Shown here: piece by piece, positions 1-11,135 of the stretch
Numbering within the stretch: the first letter of the stretch is position 1
How the letters are laid out: each line of letters begins with the position of its first letter
DNA from: an uncultured Gemmatimonadales bacterium
GTDB taxonomy: Bacteria; Gemmatimonadota; Gemmatimonadetes; Gemmatimonadales; Gemmatimonadaceae
NCBI GenBank assembly: GCA_963706505.1
Contig: CAVPLX010000003.1
Span: 31,569-95,568 of the forward strand
DNA: 64,000 nucleotides
Reading direction: 5' to 3'
Notes under the pieces: model-generated
The model's input: the letters and a program-made list of their open reading frames with translations, nothing else
The model's database searches: none
Told to the model about the DNA's origin: nothing
Translations under genes and position numbers: made by a program

Positions 1-184
1 CGAAGCTCAGGAGGAATGCCATGAGCGATGGAGCCATCCGGACGAACGCATGCCAGAGATCACCCGCGTTTCGGATAGACTCGGCCTCCGGCGGTTTGAC
101 ATCCAGCACCAGCAGTGTCAAGGCAATGGCAAACACCCCGTCACAGAACGTCTCCAGGCGCGCGTTGTGAGTTTCTGCAGGCAT
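1..184 (-). CDS. TMEM175/DUF1211-family putative K+ channel, N-terminal fragment (gene runs off the left edge)
   Basis: ATG at 184-182 on the minus strand. Translation MPAETHNARLETFCDGVFAIALTLLVLDVKPPEAESIRNAGDLWHAFVRMAPSLMAFLLSF carries the RLExFSDGVFAIAxTLLVL signature helix of DUF1211/TMEM175. It is missing from the ORF track only because the window edge truncates it. Confidence 0.6.
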   Translation of the reverse strand, partial: MPAETHNARLETFCDGVFAIALTLLVLDVKPPEAESIRNAGDLWHAFVRMAPSLMAFLLSF

Positions 185-456
185 GTCGGAAACGGAAAGT
201 AAGGATGTCGGGGAAACCCGGTCAGGCCATGGGAGGGGCTGGCGATGCTCCCACACACCGCGCGACGGCGGCCGTGACTCTGGGCGCGCCAAGCTTACGT
301 CAGTCCACTCGCCCTCGGATAGGGGCGACCGGCGCGGAAGGTACGAAGCGCCATATTCCGCGTTCGGGTCACGCGGAACCGACGCGGAGTTCGTGCACTA
401 AGTCTTGCGGGCCCATTCACGGGATCGGGCAGGGGGCATCCTTCACGAGGTCGCGG

Positions 457-903
457 ATGTTCAAAGTGGCAATGGTGGCACTGGTGGGCGCTGCGTTTTT
501 TCTGTCATGGTATGCCAATGATGTCCGGCGCCTGATCCGTGACTATGGGTGCACGGCGCCGTTCGACGGGACGCTCGCGGAAGTGCTCGTACGATTCGCG
601 CTCGAGGAGTACCAGGCCCACTGTTCGATCGGTGCCAACGCCGATGGGCTCTACATCGCACCCTCTGCCGAGACTTTGAGGCGGCGACACTGGTGGAAGC
701 CTTGGCATTACGTGATCGGGGCTCCCCTCTTCATTCCGTGGACTGCGCTCCAATATCATGCGCTCGATACGCCGTTCGGCGCATACGTCCGATTCGATGT
801 GCCGTCGCTGCGAGTCGGCAGGTCACCGGTCTGTTTCTTCATCCGGCGCAAGGATGCGGAGCCGCTGCTGGCGAGCGTCGGACGGCAGGTGCCACCTGGC
901 TAG
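457..903 (+). CDS. hypothetical protein with N-terminal hydrophobic helix
   Basis: Internal ATG of ORF 115..903. MFKVAMVALVGAAFFLSWYAN... looks like a signal/anchor. The upstream 114 codons are Arg/Gly/Pro-rich high-GC read-through. No family recognised. Confidence 0.4.
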   Translation: MFKVAMVALVGAAFFLSWYANDVRRLIRDYGCTAPFDGTLAEVLVRFALEEYQAHCSIGANADGLYIAPSAETLRRRHWWKPWHYVIGAPLFIPWTALQYHALDTPFGAYVRFDVPSLRVGRSPVCFFIRRKDAEPLLASVGRQVPPG

Positions 904-1149
904 CGGAGTCGCCCTGAATCCCCGGCAGTTGCGGTGGTCCCAAGGGCCGCCCCCGGGCATGGCAGAGCTCGGTATGCCGGTTTCCGAACGCCCGCGTTCA
1001 ATTGCCAACGCCGCGCGGAGCGGTGATGCCAGCCGCGGAGATCCAGCCGCGCACACACGCTGATCTGGCGGCATGCGGGCGACGCGGGCTGGCCCTGCAC
1101 CTACACCGACAGTATTTCATACCCGTCTTCGCAGGGACGCCAGCGCACC

Positions 1150-3822
1150 ATGAATTCTGATCTGACCGGTAGGCTGCAAAAGGCACTCGAAGGGGCCTAC
1201 CTCGTCGACCGGGAGATAGGCGCCGGCGGCATGGCGACGGTGTATCTCGCCCGCGACCGCAAACATGACCGATCCGTTGCCGTCAAAGTCGTGCACCCGG
1301 AACTCGCCGCGGTACTGGGGCCCGAGAGATTCCTGCGCGAGATCGCCATCACCGCGCAACTCAATCATCCGCACATTCTGCCGCTCTTTGACTCCGGGCG
1401 GTCCGACGGGCTGCTCTACTATGTGATGCCGTACGTCACCGGCGAGTCACTCCGCGGCCGGCTCGAACGCGAACGGCAGTTGTCGGTCGAAGAAGCTCTT
1501 CGTATCACCGAAGGGGTCGCGTCAGCCCTCGATTACGCGCACCGGCACGGCGTCGTGCACAGGGACATCAAACCGGAAAACATCCTGCTGGCCGATGGTG
1601 CGGTGCTCGTCGCCGATTTTGGTGTCGCACTGGCGATCACGAACTCGACCGACCGGCGGATGACCGAGACCGGCCTGTCGCTCGGCACCCCGCAATACAT
1701 GTCCCCCGAACAATCGATGGGAGAACGCACCATCGACGGGCGCAGCGACATCTATTCGTTGTCATGCGTGCTCTACGAGATGTTGGCCGGCGAGCCGCCG
1801 TTCACGGGGCCGAGCTCTCAGGCCATCGTGGCCAAGATCCTGACCGAGGCGCCTCCACCTGTAACTGCGCAAAGACCGGCGACTCCCCCGTCAGTCGCGG
1901 AGGCCATCCGCCGTGGACTCGAGAAGATTCCGGCCGATCGGTTCGCCACGGCGAGCGACTTCGCTTCGGCACTCCGGGCGACCACAGCGCTTCGGTCCGA
2001 TACGCGCGACGTGACCCTCGGCCCAGCGGGCGCAATATCGGCCAGGCGAGTCGGACGTTGGCGAGCTCTTGCCATTTCCAGCGTGATCGTCGCGCTGGCG
2101 GCAATCGGTGTCGCAACCGCCGTATTTGTCGCGCGCGGTACCGGCCCTGAAACCACCTTCCAACTCGCGCGCCAGCTCACCTTCGACGGAACCGTGGCCC
2201 AGATCGCGATCTCCGACGACGGACGTTGGATCGCATACACGACGAACCAATGCAACGCGGACCATACCAGCTGCACCGGCGCGTTGCAGGTCCGGGAGGT
2301 CGATGGCACGCAGTCTGTCCGTATTCTGTCGTGGCCGTCGCTCGGCGAGCATGTGGCCTGGTCGCCCGACGGAGGGACGGTCCTGTTTACCGGGTCGCCC
2401 GACACCGGCCCGATTGGCCTGTACGCGACGAGCCGACTGGGCGGGTCGGTTCGACGCATCACATCCGGCGACAATCCAATGGCATACGCACCGGATGGTC
2501 AAACCGTCGCGGTGGCCGAGTCCCGGCCCCACGGCCAGTTGATGGTTCGATTCGACCTGCACACGTTCGCTCCGGTCGACAGCGTCGCTCTTCCAGGCGC
2601 CTACCGTATCGTCGGCCTCGCTCTGTCGCCACACCAGGATCTCATTGCAGCGGTTGGCTATCCACACGTCAAGTTTTCTACGGTCCTCCTGCTCTCGCAT
2701 GATGGGAAGGTCCTCGACACCGCGGCCCTGCACTACGATGCGTTCCAGGGGGCACGTGCGCCGATTCGATGGGAGCCGTCGGGGTCTGGAGTCGTGTTCT
2801 TCACTGTGCGGCCCGGCGTCGCAGACGATTTGATGCGACTCTCGGTCCGCGGCTCACGATTCGAATCGCATCGCGGCCAGATCGTATTGGGCCAGGTTCC
2901 GACGGGATACCAGGGAGAGTTCGACTTGTCGCGAAGCGGGCGCCTTGCGATCGTTGTCGTCCCGACGATCCATACCCTGTCGAGCCGGCCGCTTGATAAC
3001 AGCAGCACGACATGGACATCCGTTATGTCCCGGACCGGCTACCTGGCGTGGCCAGCCATCGCGCCCGATGGCAAGCGCATCGCGCTGACGGCCACCGACA
3101 ACCTCGGCGACAACATTTACCTGGTGCCCGCGCGCGGAGGCGAGCCACAGGCGATGACAGCCTCCCGCGGCACACGGGAGGACTTGCACTGGTCACCCGA
3201 TGGTCATCGCATGTCCTACTATGACGACGTCTCAGGGAGAGTTGGGATGGTCTCCATCAGCGACGCGGCCGAGCATCTCTCGCCACTGTTTGGAGAGTTC
3301 AACTGCTGGCTTGGGAATGATGTTTTGACGGTAGCCGAGACGCCGACGATGTTCGTGCTGCTCGACACGCTCGAGCGCCGGGTCGACAGCATTCGGGTTG
3401 CGGACTCCGTCGCCGTGGGGTCGCTGATGGAAGCCAATCCGTCGAACGGACAGATCGCGTATTGGTCTGATGCTGCCCACGGCACGGTCTGGATCGACAG
3501 CCACACGGGACGCACGATCGCAATCGTTCACTCGCCGCAGCGCGCCGACGTCATCGGATGGGACGGCGATGCGTCGGTGATCTCGGCGACCATGGCAACA
3601 AGAAGCTGGAATGTGAGCTCCCCGGCCGAGAGATTCGAGGGCCCCCAAAGGGCCATCGCTCGCGTGTCGCGCGATGGGGCGGTGACTCAACTCGCCGCCA
3701 CGCCCCCCACATGTCAGGCAGAAATCAGCGCGAGCGCCCCCGCCCATCTCGTCGTATGCACCGGCGCAGAGTCTCGGCCGGATGTCTGGCTTGCTGACGC
3801 ACCGGGCAAGTCGGGATGGTAA
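1150..3822 (+). CDS. serine/threonine protein kinase fused to a TolB-like PD40 beta-propeller
   Basis: 890-aa ORF. Hanks kinase motifs are present: GAGGMATVYLA, VAVK, HRDIKPENILL, DFGVA, GTPQYMSPEQ. One TM segment (WRALAISSVIVALAAIGVATAVFV) is followed by repeated WSPDG/APDG PD40 motifs. Confidence 0.9.
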   Translation: MNSDLTGRLQKALEGAYLVDREIGAGGMATVYLARDRKHDRSVAVKVVHPELAAVLGPERFLREIAITAQLNHPHILPLFDSGRSDGLLYYVMPYVTGESLRGRLERERQLSVEEALRITEGVASALDYAHRHGVVHRDIKPENILLADGAVLVADFGVALAITNSTDRRMTETGLSLGTPQYMSPEQSMGERTIDGRSDIYSLSCVLYEMLAGEPPFTGPSSQAIVAKILTEAPPPVTAQRPATPPSVAEAIRRGLEKIPADRFATASDFASALRATTALRSDTRDVTLGPAGAISARRVGRWRALAISSVIVALAAIGVATAVFVARGTGPETTFQLARQLTFDGTVAQIAISDDGRWIAYTTNQCNADHTSCTGALQVREVDGTQSVRILSWPSLGEHVAWSPDGGTVLFTGSPDTGPIGLYATSRLGGSVRRITSGDNPMAYAPDGQTVAVAESRPHGQLMVRFDLHTFAPVDSVALPGAYRIVGLALSPHQDLIAAVGYPHVKFSTVLLLSHDGKVLDTAALHYDAFQGARAPIRWEPSGSGVVFFTVRPGVADDLMRLSVRGSRFESHRGQIVLGQVPTGYQGEFDLSRSGRLAIVVVPTIHTLSSRPLDNSSTTWTSVMSRTGYLAWPAIAPDGKRIALTATDNLGDNIYLVPARGGEPQAMTASRGTREDLHWSPDGHRMSYYDDVSGRVGMVSISDAAEHLSPLFGEFNCWLGNDVLTVAETPTMFVLLDTLERRVDSIRVADSVAVGSLMEANPSNGQIAYWSDAAHGTVWIDSHTGRTIAIVHSPQRADVIGWDGDASVISATMATRSWNVSSPAERFEGPQRAIARVSRDGAVTQLAATPPTCQAEISASAPAHLVVCTGAESRPDVWLADAPGKSGW

Positions 3823-3931
3823 TGATGCTGGTGCAATACCGGTTGGAACGGTTAGTGTTTGCTCGCTCGCTCACGCCATCCCGGCTCTCGCTTCCTGATG
3901 GCTGGGAACTACCCTGCGGAGGTACCTCGCC

Positions 3932-4472
3932 ATGATGCGCTCAATCTCCCTGCTGTCGATTGCCGCCTTGCTCGGCGCGGCCCCTGCGAATCCCAGTGCC
4001 CCCACCCCCACATTGGCGGTGGCGGCGGACCGGCAGATCTGGGCACAAGTCATTGGTTACGTCACAGCGGCGGCCGAGCAAATGCCTGATTCGAGCTACG
4101 CGTACCACCCCGTGCCGTCGGTACGTACCTTCGGCCAGCTCATCGCGCACATCGCCGGATCGCAGCACATGTTCTGCGCCGCTGCCCTCGGGGACAAGAC
4201 GACCGCCGAGGACGACATCGAGAAAACCACGACGGCGAAGGCCGCACTGGTGACGGCACTCAAGGCCTCCACGGAGTACTGTCAGAAAGCGTACCTGATG
4301 ACCGACGCCGAGGCGCTGAAGCGGGAGACCAAGCTGTTCGGCAGAGAGCAGACAGCCATTCTGGGCACTGCTCGCGAACACGTCGCACGACGATGAGCAC
4401 TACGGCAACATCGTCACCTACATGCGCACCCTCGGCATGGTGCCGCCGTCGAGCCAGCCGCAGGGACGTTAG
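3932..4472 (+). pseudogene. DinB-family protein, one frame change near the 3' end in this sequence
   Basis: GGAGG precedes ATG 3932, followed by a signal-like N-terminus. ORF 3932..4396 ends prematurely (..[12 protein letters not shown]). The +1 frame continues ..[38 protein letters not shown] (stop 4470-4472), which is the expected DinB C-terminal His helix. Confidence 0.75.
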
Positions 4473-4480
4473 CGGCGCGC

Positions 4481-4873
4481 TTACACCAATTCGACGCGCG
4501 CGCGATGCCCGGGTGACGCCGCAAGGCGCCGGTCGCGCGTCAGGAGCGGCGCGTCCAGCGCTTCTGCGAGCGCGACGTACATCGCGTCATACGCGGTGAG
4601 GTTGCTCCGCAATTCCCAGACTCGCGGGAGCAGGACTCGATGGGGATATCGGCGCACGGGAAAGTCGGCGAGATCGGCGAGCGCTGCGCGTCCGCGCGCC
4701 TGTCCTATCTCGCCGGCCGCCGCATAGCGGCGAATGACCTGAGCGACCTCGACGTCGAGCAAATGGGGCGCGTGCAGGGTTTCTCGAGCATCGAATAACC
4801 ACCGTTCGACGGATTCCGCCGCCGGGGTCCCCAGCAGCGCCTCGATCAGCGCCGACGCGTCGACAACGATCAC
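4481..4873 (-). CDS. vapC: type II toxin, PIN-domain ribonuclease VapC
   Basis: 130 aa, (M)IVVDASALIEALLG... PIN N-terminal Asp motif. The GTG start overlaps the upstream antitoxin stop (GTGA at 4870-4873). Confidence 0.85.
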   Translation of the reverse strand: MIVVDASALIEALLGTPAAESVERWLFDARETLHAPHLLDVEVAQVIRRYAAAGEIGQARGRAALADLADFPVRRYPHRVLLPRVWELRSNLTAYDAMYVALAEALDAPLLTRDRRLAASPGHRARVELV

Positions 4874-5100
4874 AGGCGGTCACGCTCGGCACGAACAGCC
4901 CGGGCCGGGGCAACCGACGGCCTCACCTTCGGCCGGCTGTGCAATCGAGTCCGCAACTCCTCGAGCGTCGGCCGCTCGGCTACCTCCCGGATCTCGTTCA
5001 ACAGGTAGTCGGACAGTGACGTGCCTGCCAGCGCTGCCAGCGACTTGAGCCGCCGGTGTACGGGATCGGGGACATTTCGGATCTGGATCATGATTGACAT
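4870..5100 (-). CDS. vapB: type II antitoxin, ribbon-helix-helix (FitA/VapB-like)
   Basis: 76 aa. MSIMIQIRNVPDPVHRRLKSLAALAGTSLSDYLLNEI is a typical Arc/MetJ-type RHH antitoxin N-terminus. It is translationally coupled to vapC. Confidence 0.8.
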   Translation of the reverse strand: MSIMIQIRNVPDPVHRRLKSLAALAGTSLSDYLLNEIREVAERPTLEELRTRLHSRPKVRPSVAPARAVRAERDRL

Positions 5101-5135
5101 GTGATAAACATGCTAACATGTGCTCCGCATGTCAA
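5094..5135. promoter_or_regulatory. candidate vapBC operator: 8-bp inverted repeat TTGACATG...CATGTCAA enclosing four (A/G)CATG(T/C) palindromic cores
   Basis: Cores at 5097-5102, 5108-5113, 5116-5121 and 5127-5132, spaced 11/8/11 nt. This is the most AT-rich stretch in the neighbourhood, and the first core contains the vapB ATG. Confidence 0.35.
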
Positions 5136-5251
5136 CGATTATATGGGGAGAAACCCCGGCGTTTCAGCGCAACCTGAAGGGTCCACAGGTTTGGACCGGC
5201 CCGTCGTTGACGGGCACCCGAATGGACGGTAGGATCACCGCCGTGACGGTG

Positions 5252-5659
5252 ATGTCTGGTTCGGCCACGAGTCGTGTCTTCATGACCGCAAGCGCCGCCA
5301 TCCTCGGCGTTGCCGCGCTCGCGCTGATCTTCGCAGCGGACGCTGTCCTCTCGGCGGCCGGCGCCCCGGTGACGGCGATTTCCGTCGTGATCGCCCAGCT
5401 CTATGGCGCCGCGCTCGCGGGACTCGCCACCGTCACCTGGGTGAGCCGCACCGCCCTCCTCGGCGGCATCTTCGGACGAGCCGTCGTCGCCGGCGGCGCG
5501 ACGCACGGCATGATCGGCGCGCTCACGCTCGCTCGCGAAATATTTGTCCGGCACGCGCTGCCGGTCACGCCGGTTGTGTGCGTCGCGTTGGGAGCCTATG
5601 CGCTTCTCGCCTGCGGCTTCGGAGCACTGATGTTCGGACCTACGCCGTCCGCGCCGTAG
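5252..5659 (+). CDS. hypothetical integral membrane protein (start uncertain; ORF opens at 5120)
   Basis: ORF 5120..5659. From MSGSATSRVFMTASAAILGVAALALIF onward it reads as about four hydrophobic helices. Alternative starts at 5129, 5222 and 5282 cannot be excluded. Confidence 0.45.
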   Translation: MSGSATSRVFMTASAAILGVAALALIFAADAVLSAAGAPVTAISVVIAQLYGAALAGLATVTWVSRTALLGGIFGRAVVAGGATHGMIGALTLAREIFVRHALPVTPVVCVALGAYALLACGFGALMFGPTPSAP

Positions 5660-5741
5660 CAGGGGCGAAACCAGCCCGACGCGCGACGCTCCGCGCCCCA
5701 CGGCGCCGGCATGACCGCGACCGTGGGGCGATGGCCACGCG

Positions 5742-7904
5742 TCAGTTCCCGACCGCTTTGCGCTGACGCTCGTCTGCCGGGGGCGGCGCAAAGTACTTGT
5801 CATACCACTGCATACTGCGGGTGAGCTTGTCCACCTGATGGCCCGTCCCGCGGATGCCGTGGCCTTCATTCGGATAGAGCACCAATTCGGTTTGGTCGCC
5901 GGCCTCCTTCAGGGCGATATAGAATTCCTCCGCCTCTACCCACGGCACGTCGTTGTCGTTCGCGCCGTGGATGATCAGCATCGGCGTCGTCACCTTGTTG
6001 GCAAAACGAACCGCTGAATGATTCCAGAGGATGTCCTTGCGCTCTGGCGAATTGAAGCGCCCCTTGTACTCGGACGGCAGGTAGTCGTGGTAGTAGGAGA
6101 CATAGGTTTGCGTCACCAGGTTGGAGACGCCGGCAGTGGGAATGGCCGCCTTGAAGCGCGTCGTCATGGTGGGGACGAAGTCGGCCACCTGTCCACCGTA
6201 GCTGGTGCCCTCGACGCCAAGCCGGTTGGGATCGAGCCACGAATACTTGGCCAGTGCCGCATCGACCCCCTCGATCACGTCGCGCATCTCGCCGCCATCC
6301 TGGTCGTTCAGGATCTTGTCCTCGAACGCCTGGCCGTAGCCAGTCGAACCGCGGTAGTTGACCATCAGCGTGGCAAAACCGTGGCCCGCATAGATCTGGT
6401 TCGTGGAGTTGAACTCTGGTCCTTGCTCGCCGTGCGGACCCCCGTGGGCGTTGACCACCAAGGGAACAGAATGGGCAGCGGGCGAGGCGCCCGCGGTCGC
6501 TGGACGCGTGAGGAACGCTTCCACCGAGAGGCCGTCCTTGGTCTTGAACTCCAACCGCTCGACCGGCGCGATCTGCTTGCCACCGAGTACGTCCTGGTCG
6601 AGATGCGTGAGTTGCTGCGGCGAACCGGTTCCGCTCGCCACGTAGAGCTGCGGCGGCGACGTGGGCGTGCTGTACGCGTAGGCCACGGCGCCCGTCTTCG
6701 CCAGAGACCATCCGCTGTATCCCAGCGAGCCCTCGCCTCCGACCACCACCTCGGGTGCACCGCCGGCGGCGGGCTCGCGCTCGAGCCTCACCTGCCCGTG
6801 GTCCTGCAAGGTGAAGTAGATCTGCGAACCGTCCGCCGACCACTGCGGCATCCCGTAGCGCAGATCCGCCTGCCCCGTGACCAGGTGCGCGTCCGATCCA
6901 TCGGCGTTCATGATGTAGAGGTGATCGTCCTCCGCCGTCGTTTCCATCGAGGTGATCGGGCGGACGGTGTGGGTGTAGGCAATCTTCGACCCATCCGGCG
7001 ACCAGACAGCGCCGTACTTGGGACCCACCTGATGGGTGAGCCGGTGAATCGCGCCATCGCTCGCGCCGGCAGTCAGAATGTCGTAGTTGAAGTTCTCGTC
7101 CGCGTTCTCTTCCATGTTCGACTCGAACAGAATCCGGTCACCAGAGGGCGCCCACGCGATGGAATGTTCGTAGCGGTCGCCGCTGGTGAGCTGGTGCACC
7201 TGCTTGGACGCGACGTCGGCGATGAACACGTGCAACCGCTTGTTGTCCTGGAAGGGATGGACGCCTTCCGAGGCGTCCGGCTTATAGAGGTACCGGGTAA
7301 AGACGTGCGGATCGCCCTCGGCAGCCGCCGTCTCCGGGCCCGGGGTGGAGGAGACGAAGGCGATCTGTTTGCCGTCGGGCGACCAACTAATGGCGTTGCC
7401 CGCCCCCGGCACGGGCGCGTCGGTTCCGTCCATCGGCGCGATGAAGGTGGCGCCCGAGCCGTTCGCCTGGGCCACCCACAGGCCTGACTGATCATTGGCG
7501 CTGCCTTCATAGGCGATCGATTTGCTGTCCGGCGACCAGTGCGGCGAGCTGCCGCTCGATTGCGCCGGCCCGACAGCAGCAGGCTGCCCGCTGGGCAGCT
7601 CGATCACCATCAAGCTCGGCGTCGTCCGCTGGGGTGAGTCGTGATGACTCACGGCGTACGCCACGCGCTTGCCATCCGGAGAGATGGCGACGGACGACAC
7701 GGACTCCAGATGGTAGAGATCGGCCGGTTGCAGCGCCGGGCCGGACGACACCGGCGCGGGAACGAAGGCCGGCGCGGCGTCAGCCGGCGAAGGCTCGGTC
7801 TTGGGACTACAGGCCGCCAGGCCGGCGGTGACGAGTGCAGCGGCGGCAAGTGTATTCGCCGCGCCGATGGGCAAGGAGCATACAATACGCTGGAACGGGT
7901 GCAC
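5742..7904 (-). CDS. S9-family serine peptidase (prolyl oligopeptidase/dipeptidyl peptidase type) with N-terminal PD40 propeller, probable lipoprotein
   Basis: GTG at 7904 lies 5 nt after GGAGG (7910-7914). Lipobox-like ..LVTAGLAAC. Repeated SPDG PD40 motifs. C-terminal alpha/beta hydrolase with the GTSYGG nucleophile elbow and a GHG His motif. The 115 upstream codons of ORF 5742..8249 are rejected. Confidence 0.9.
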   Translation of the reverse strand: MHPFQRIVCSLPIGAANTLAAAALVTAGLAACSPKTEPSPADAAPAFVPAPVSSGPALQPADLYHLESVSSVAISPDGKRVAYAVSHHDSPQRTTPSLMVIELPSGQPAAVGPAQSSGSSPHWSPDSKSIAYEGSANDQSGLWVAQANGSGATFIAPMDGTDAPVPGAGNAISWSPDGKQIAFVSSTPGPETAAAEGDPHVFTRYLYKPDASEGVHPFQDNKRLHVFIADVASKQVHQLTSGDRYEHSIAWAPSGDRILFESNMEENADENFNYDILTAGASDGAIHRLTHQVGPKYGAVWSPDGSKIAYTHTVRPITSMETTAEDDHLYIMNADGSDAHLVTGQADLRYGMPQWSADGSQIYFTLQDHGQVRLEREPAAGGAPEVVVGGEGSLGYSGWSLAKTGAVAYAYSTPTSPPQLYVASGTGSPQQLTHLDQDVLGGKQIAPVERLEFKTKDGLSVEAFLTRPATAGASPAAHSVPLVVNAHGGPHGEQGPEFNSTNQIYAGHGFATLMVNYRGSTGYGQAFEDKILNDQDGGEMRDVIEGVDAALAKYSWLDPNRLGVEGTSYGGQVADFVPTMTTRFKAAIPTAGVSNLVTQTYVSYYHDYLPSEYKGRFNSPERKDILWNHSAVRFANKVTTPMLIIHGANDNDVPWVEAEEFYIALKEAGDQTELVLYPNEGHGIRGTGHQVDKLTRSMQWYDKYFAPPPADERQRKAVGN

Positions 7905-8351
7905 GCGCGCCTCCGCTAGGTGCCAATGACTGCGCAAGATCGTGAAAGATTCTTGCCACGTGAGACCACATTGCACCCAAGATCCTCGCCTTTCAAGTAA
8001 TGCGGGCCTGTGTCCCACAATTTGCGCATTGATCCGCAGTCTCATATATCGCGCAATGGCCTCCAATCCAGAAGCCGCACCCGCCATCCCTGGCGGTCGC
8101 GAGCTAGCGCGGCCCGGATGCACGCTGTAGCGCCGTGTGCAAAGCGACGCCCAACGAAGTTGGCGGCGGGATCGCGCGCCAGATACCGGGTCACGTTGAC
8201 GACATTCGCTCGCGCGATGGCCATCGTCCCGGCTGACGGATAGCCCCACGCAGCGCGCCGATGAGCACCGCTGGCACCCCTCAGGTGGTGGCCCGCCGTT
8301 CGTCGGCTACTGCACCGCTCCTGCGGAGGTTATGCGGCGACACCACTCACG

Positions 8352-8672
8352 CTAGCTGGATCGTTCCGCGCGCAAGCCAACCACAACTACGCGAGCGGCA
8401 AGCACAATTCCGAGGCTCGCTGCAAGCGCCATTACATAGGCCGTCGCCCCATAGTCGCGATGCTCGATCAGCAGGGCGTAGAGTTGAGCCCCCAGGATGA
8501 TGGCGTTCAGCAGGATCGCCAGGATGCCGCGCCGGACCTTTTCTCTCGGCGACTGCCTTGGCCATTTCTCATCCCCACGTGCGGCTCTCGTCCTCGCTCG
8601 ATACAGCTCCAGCCCCCAGACCAGAGCGAGCAGCGCGAACGGCGTCACTATGATCCATGAGTACTTAGCCAT
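8352..8672 (-). CDS. small hypothetical membrane protein (106 aa)
   Basis: ATG at 8672 is preceded by GGAGG. Hydrophobic segments: WIIVTPFALLALVWGL, ILAILLNAIILGAQLYALL, AYVMALAASLGIVLAARVVVV. The N-terminal part of ORF 8352..8780 is actually the tRNA-Leu. Confidence 0.5.
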   Translation of the reverse strand: MAKYSWIIVTPFALLALVWGLELYRARTRAARGDEKWPRQSPREKVRRGILAILLNAIILGAQLYALLIEHRDYGATAYVMALAASLGIVLAARVVVVGLRAERSS

Positions 8673-8693
8673 TTCGCCTCCGATGGGGCAACG

Positions 8694-8777
8694 TGCCAGG
8701 GGCGGGTCTCGAACCCGCACGGGGTTGCCCCCAAGGGATTTTAAGTCCCTCGCGTCTACCAGTTTCGCCACCCCGGC
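8694..8777 (-). tRNA. tRNA-Leu (anticodon UAA), long variable arm, no encoded CCA
   Basis: Reverse complement GCCGGGGTGGCGAAACTGGTAGACGCGAGGGACTTAAAATCCCTTGGGGGCAACCCCGTGCGGGTTCGAGACCCGCCCCTGGCA. It has a 7-bp acceptor stem (one G-U), anticodon loop CUUAAAA and a GGTTCGAGA T-loop. Confidence 0.9.
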
Positions 8778-9143
8778 CAATCACGCCAACGACGACCCGC
8801 ACGCCGCCTGGTCCCACGCGCAACTCGGTCGCTCTCCCGGGAACCTACATGCCCCGACCGCCGGGCGTCGAGAGCGCCCCGGGCGTCCTGGCGGCACACC
8901 GGCAGTCCGCGAACCGTCTCACCTACCGGGACAGTTCGATCGCCCTCCGCCGGCGACGCCCCGGGCAGCGGCGCGCCAACAGGCCTCGGTGCCCAGCCGC
9001 CACTTGCTCGCCGCCCCAGGAATCATCACACTTCGCCCCGGACGGCAGGTCAATCGCCACGCGTCTCTCTCTCAGTGATGCATCACGACTCCGCATCAGA
9101 CACCGAGACATCGGCGGCGCACTCGGTCGAAGGGAGGCCATTG

Positions 9144-11117
<1,974 letters not shown>

Positions 11118-11135
11118 CGGTATCCACACGCCCCG

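Noticed and set aside
6018-7487. 489-aa plus-strand ORF
   Set aside because: It is antisense to the well-supported S9 peptidase. The composition is Arg/Gly/Val-rich with no motifs, a typical high-GC shadow ORF.
5742-8249. Full 835-aa extent of the S9 peptidase ORF
   Set aside because: The first 115 codons lie upstream of a GGAGG-GTG start and a lipoprotein-type signal. They run through an AT-richer promoter-like region and have no homology-like character.
8694-8777. Genomic island or integrative element at tRNA-Leu, and likewise at tRNA-Gly (40442-40514)
   Set aside because: No integrase, recombinase or phage-like ORF lies within several kb on either side. I noticed no direct repeat of the tRNA 3' end. 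The neighbours are ordinary chromosomal genes. An exhaustive repeat search was not possible by eye.
8673-8780. N-terminal 36 codons of ORF 8352..8780
   Set aside because: They are the translation of tRNA-Leu ([17 protein letters not shown] is the well-known tRNA-Leu shadow peptide).
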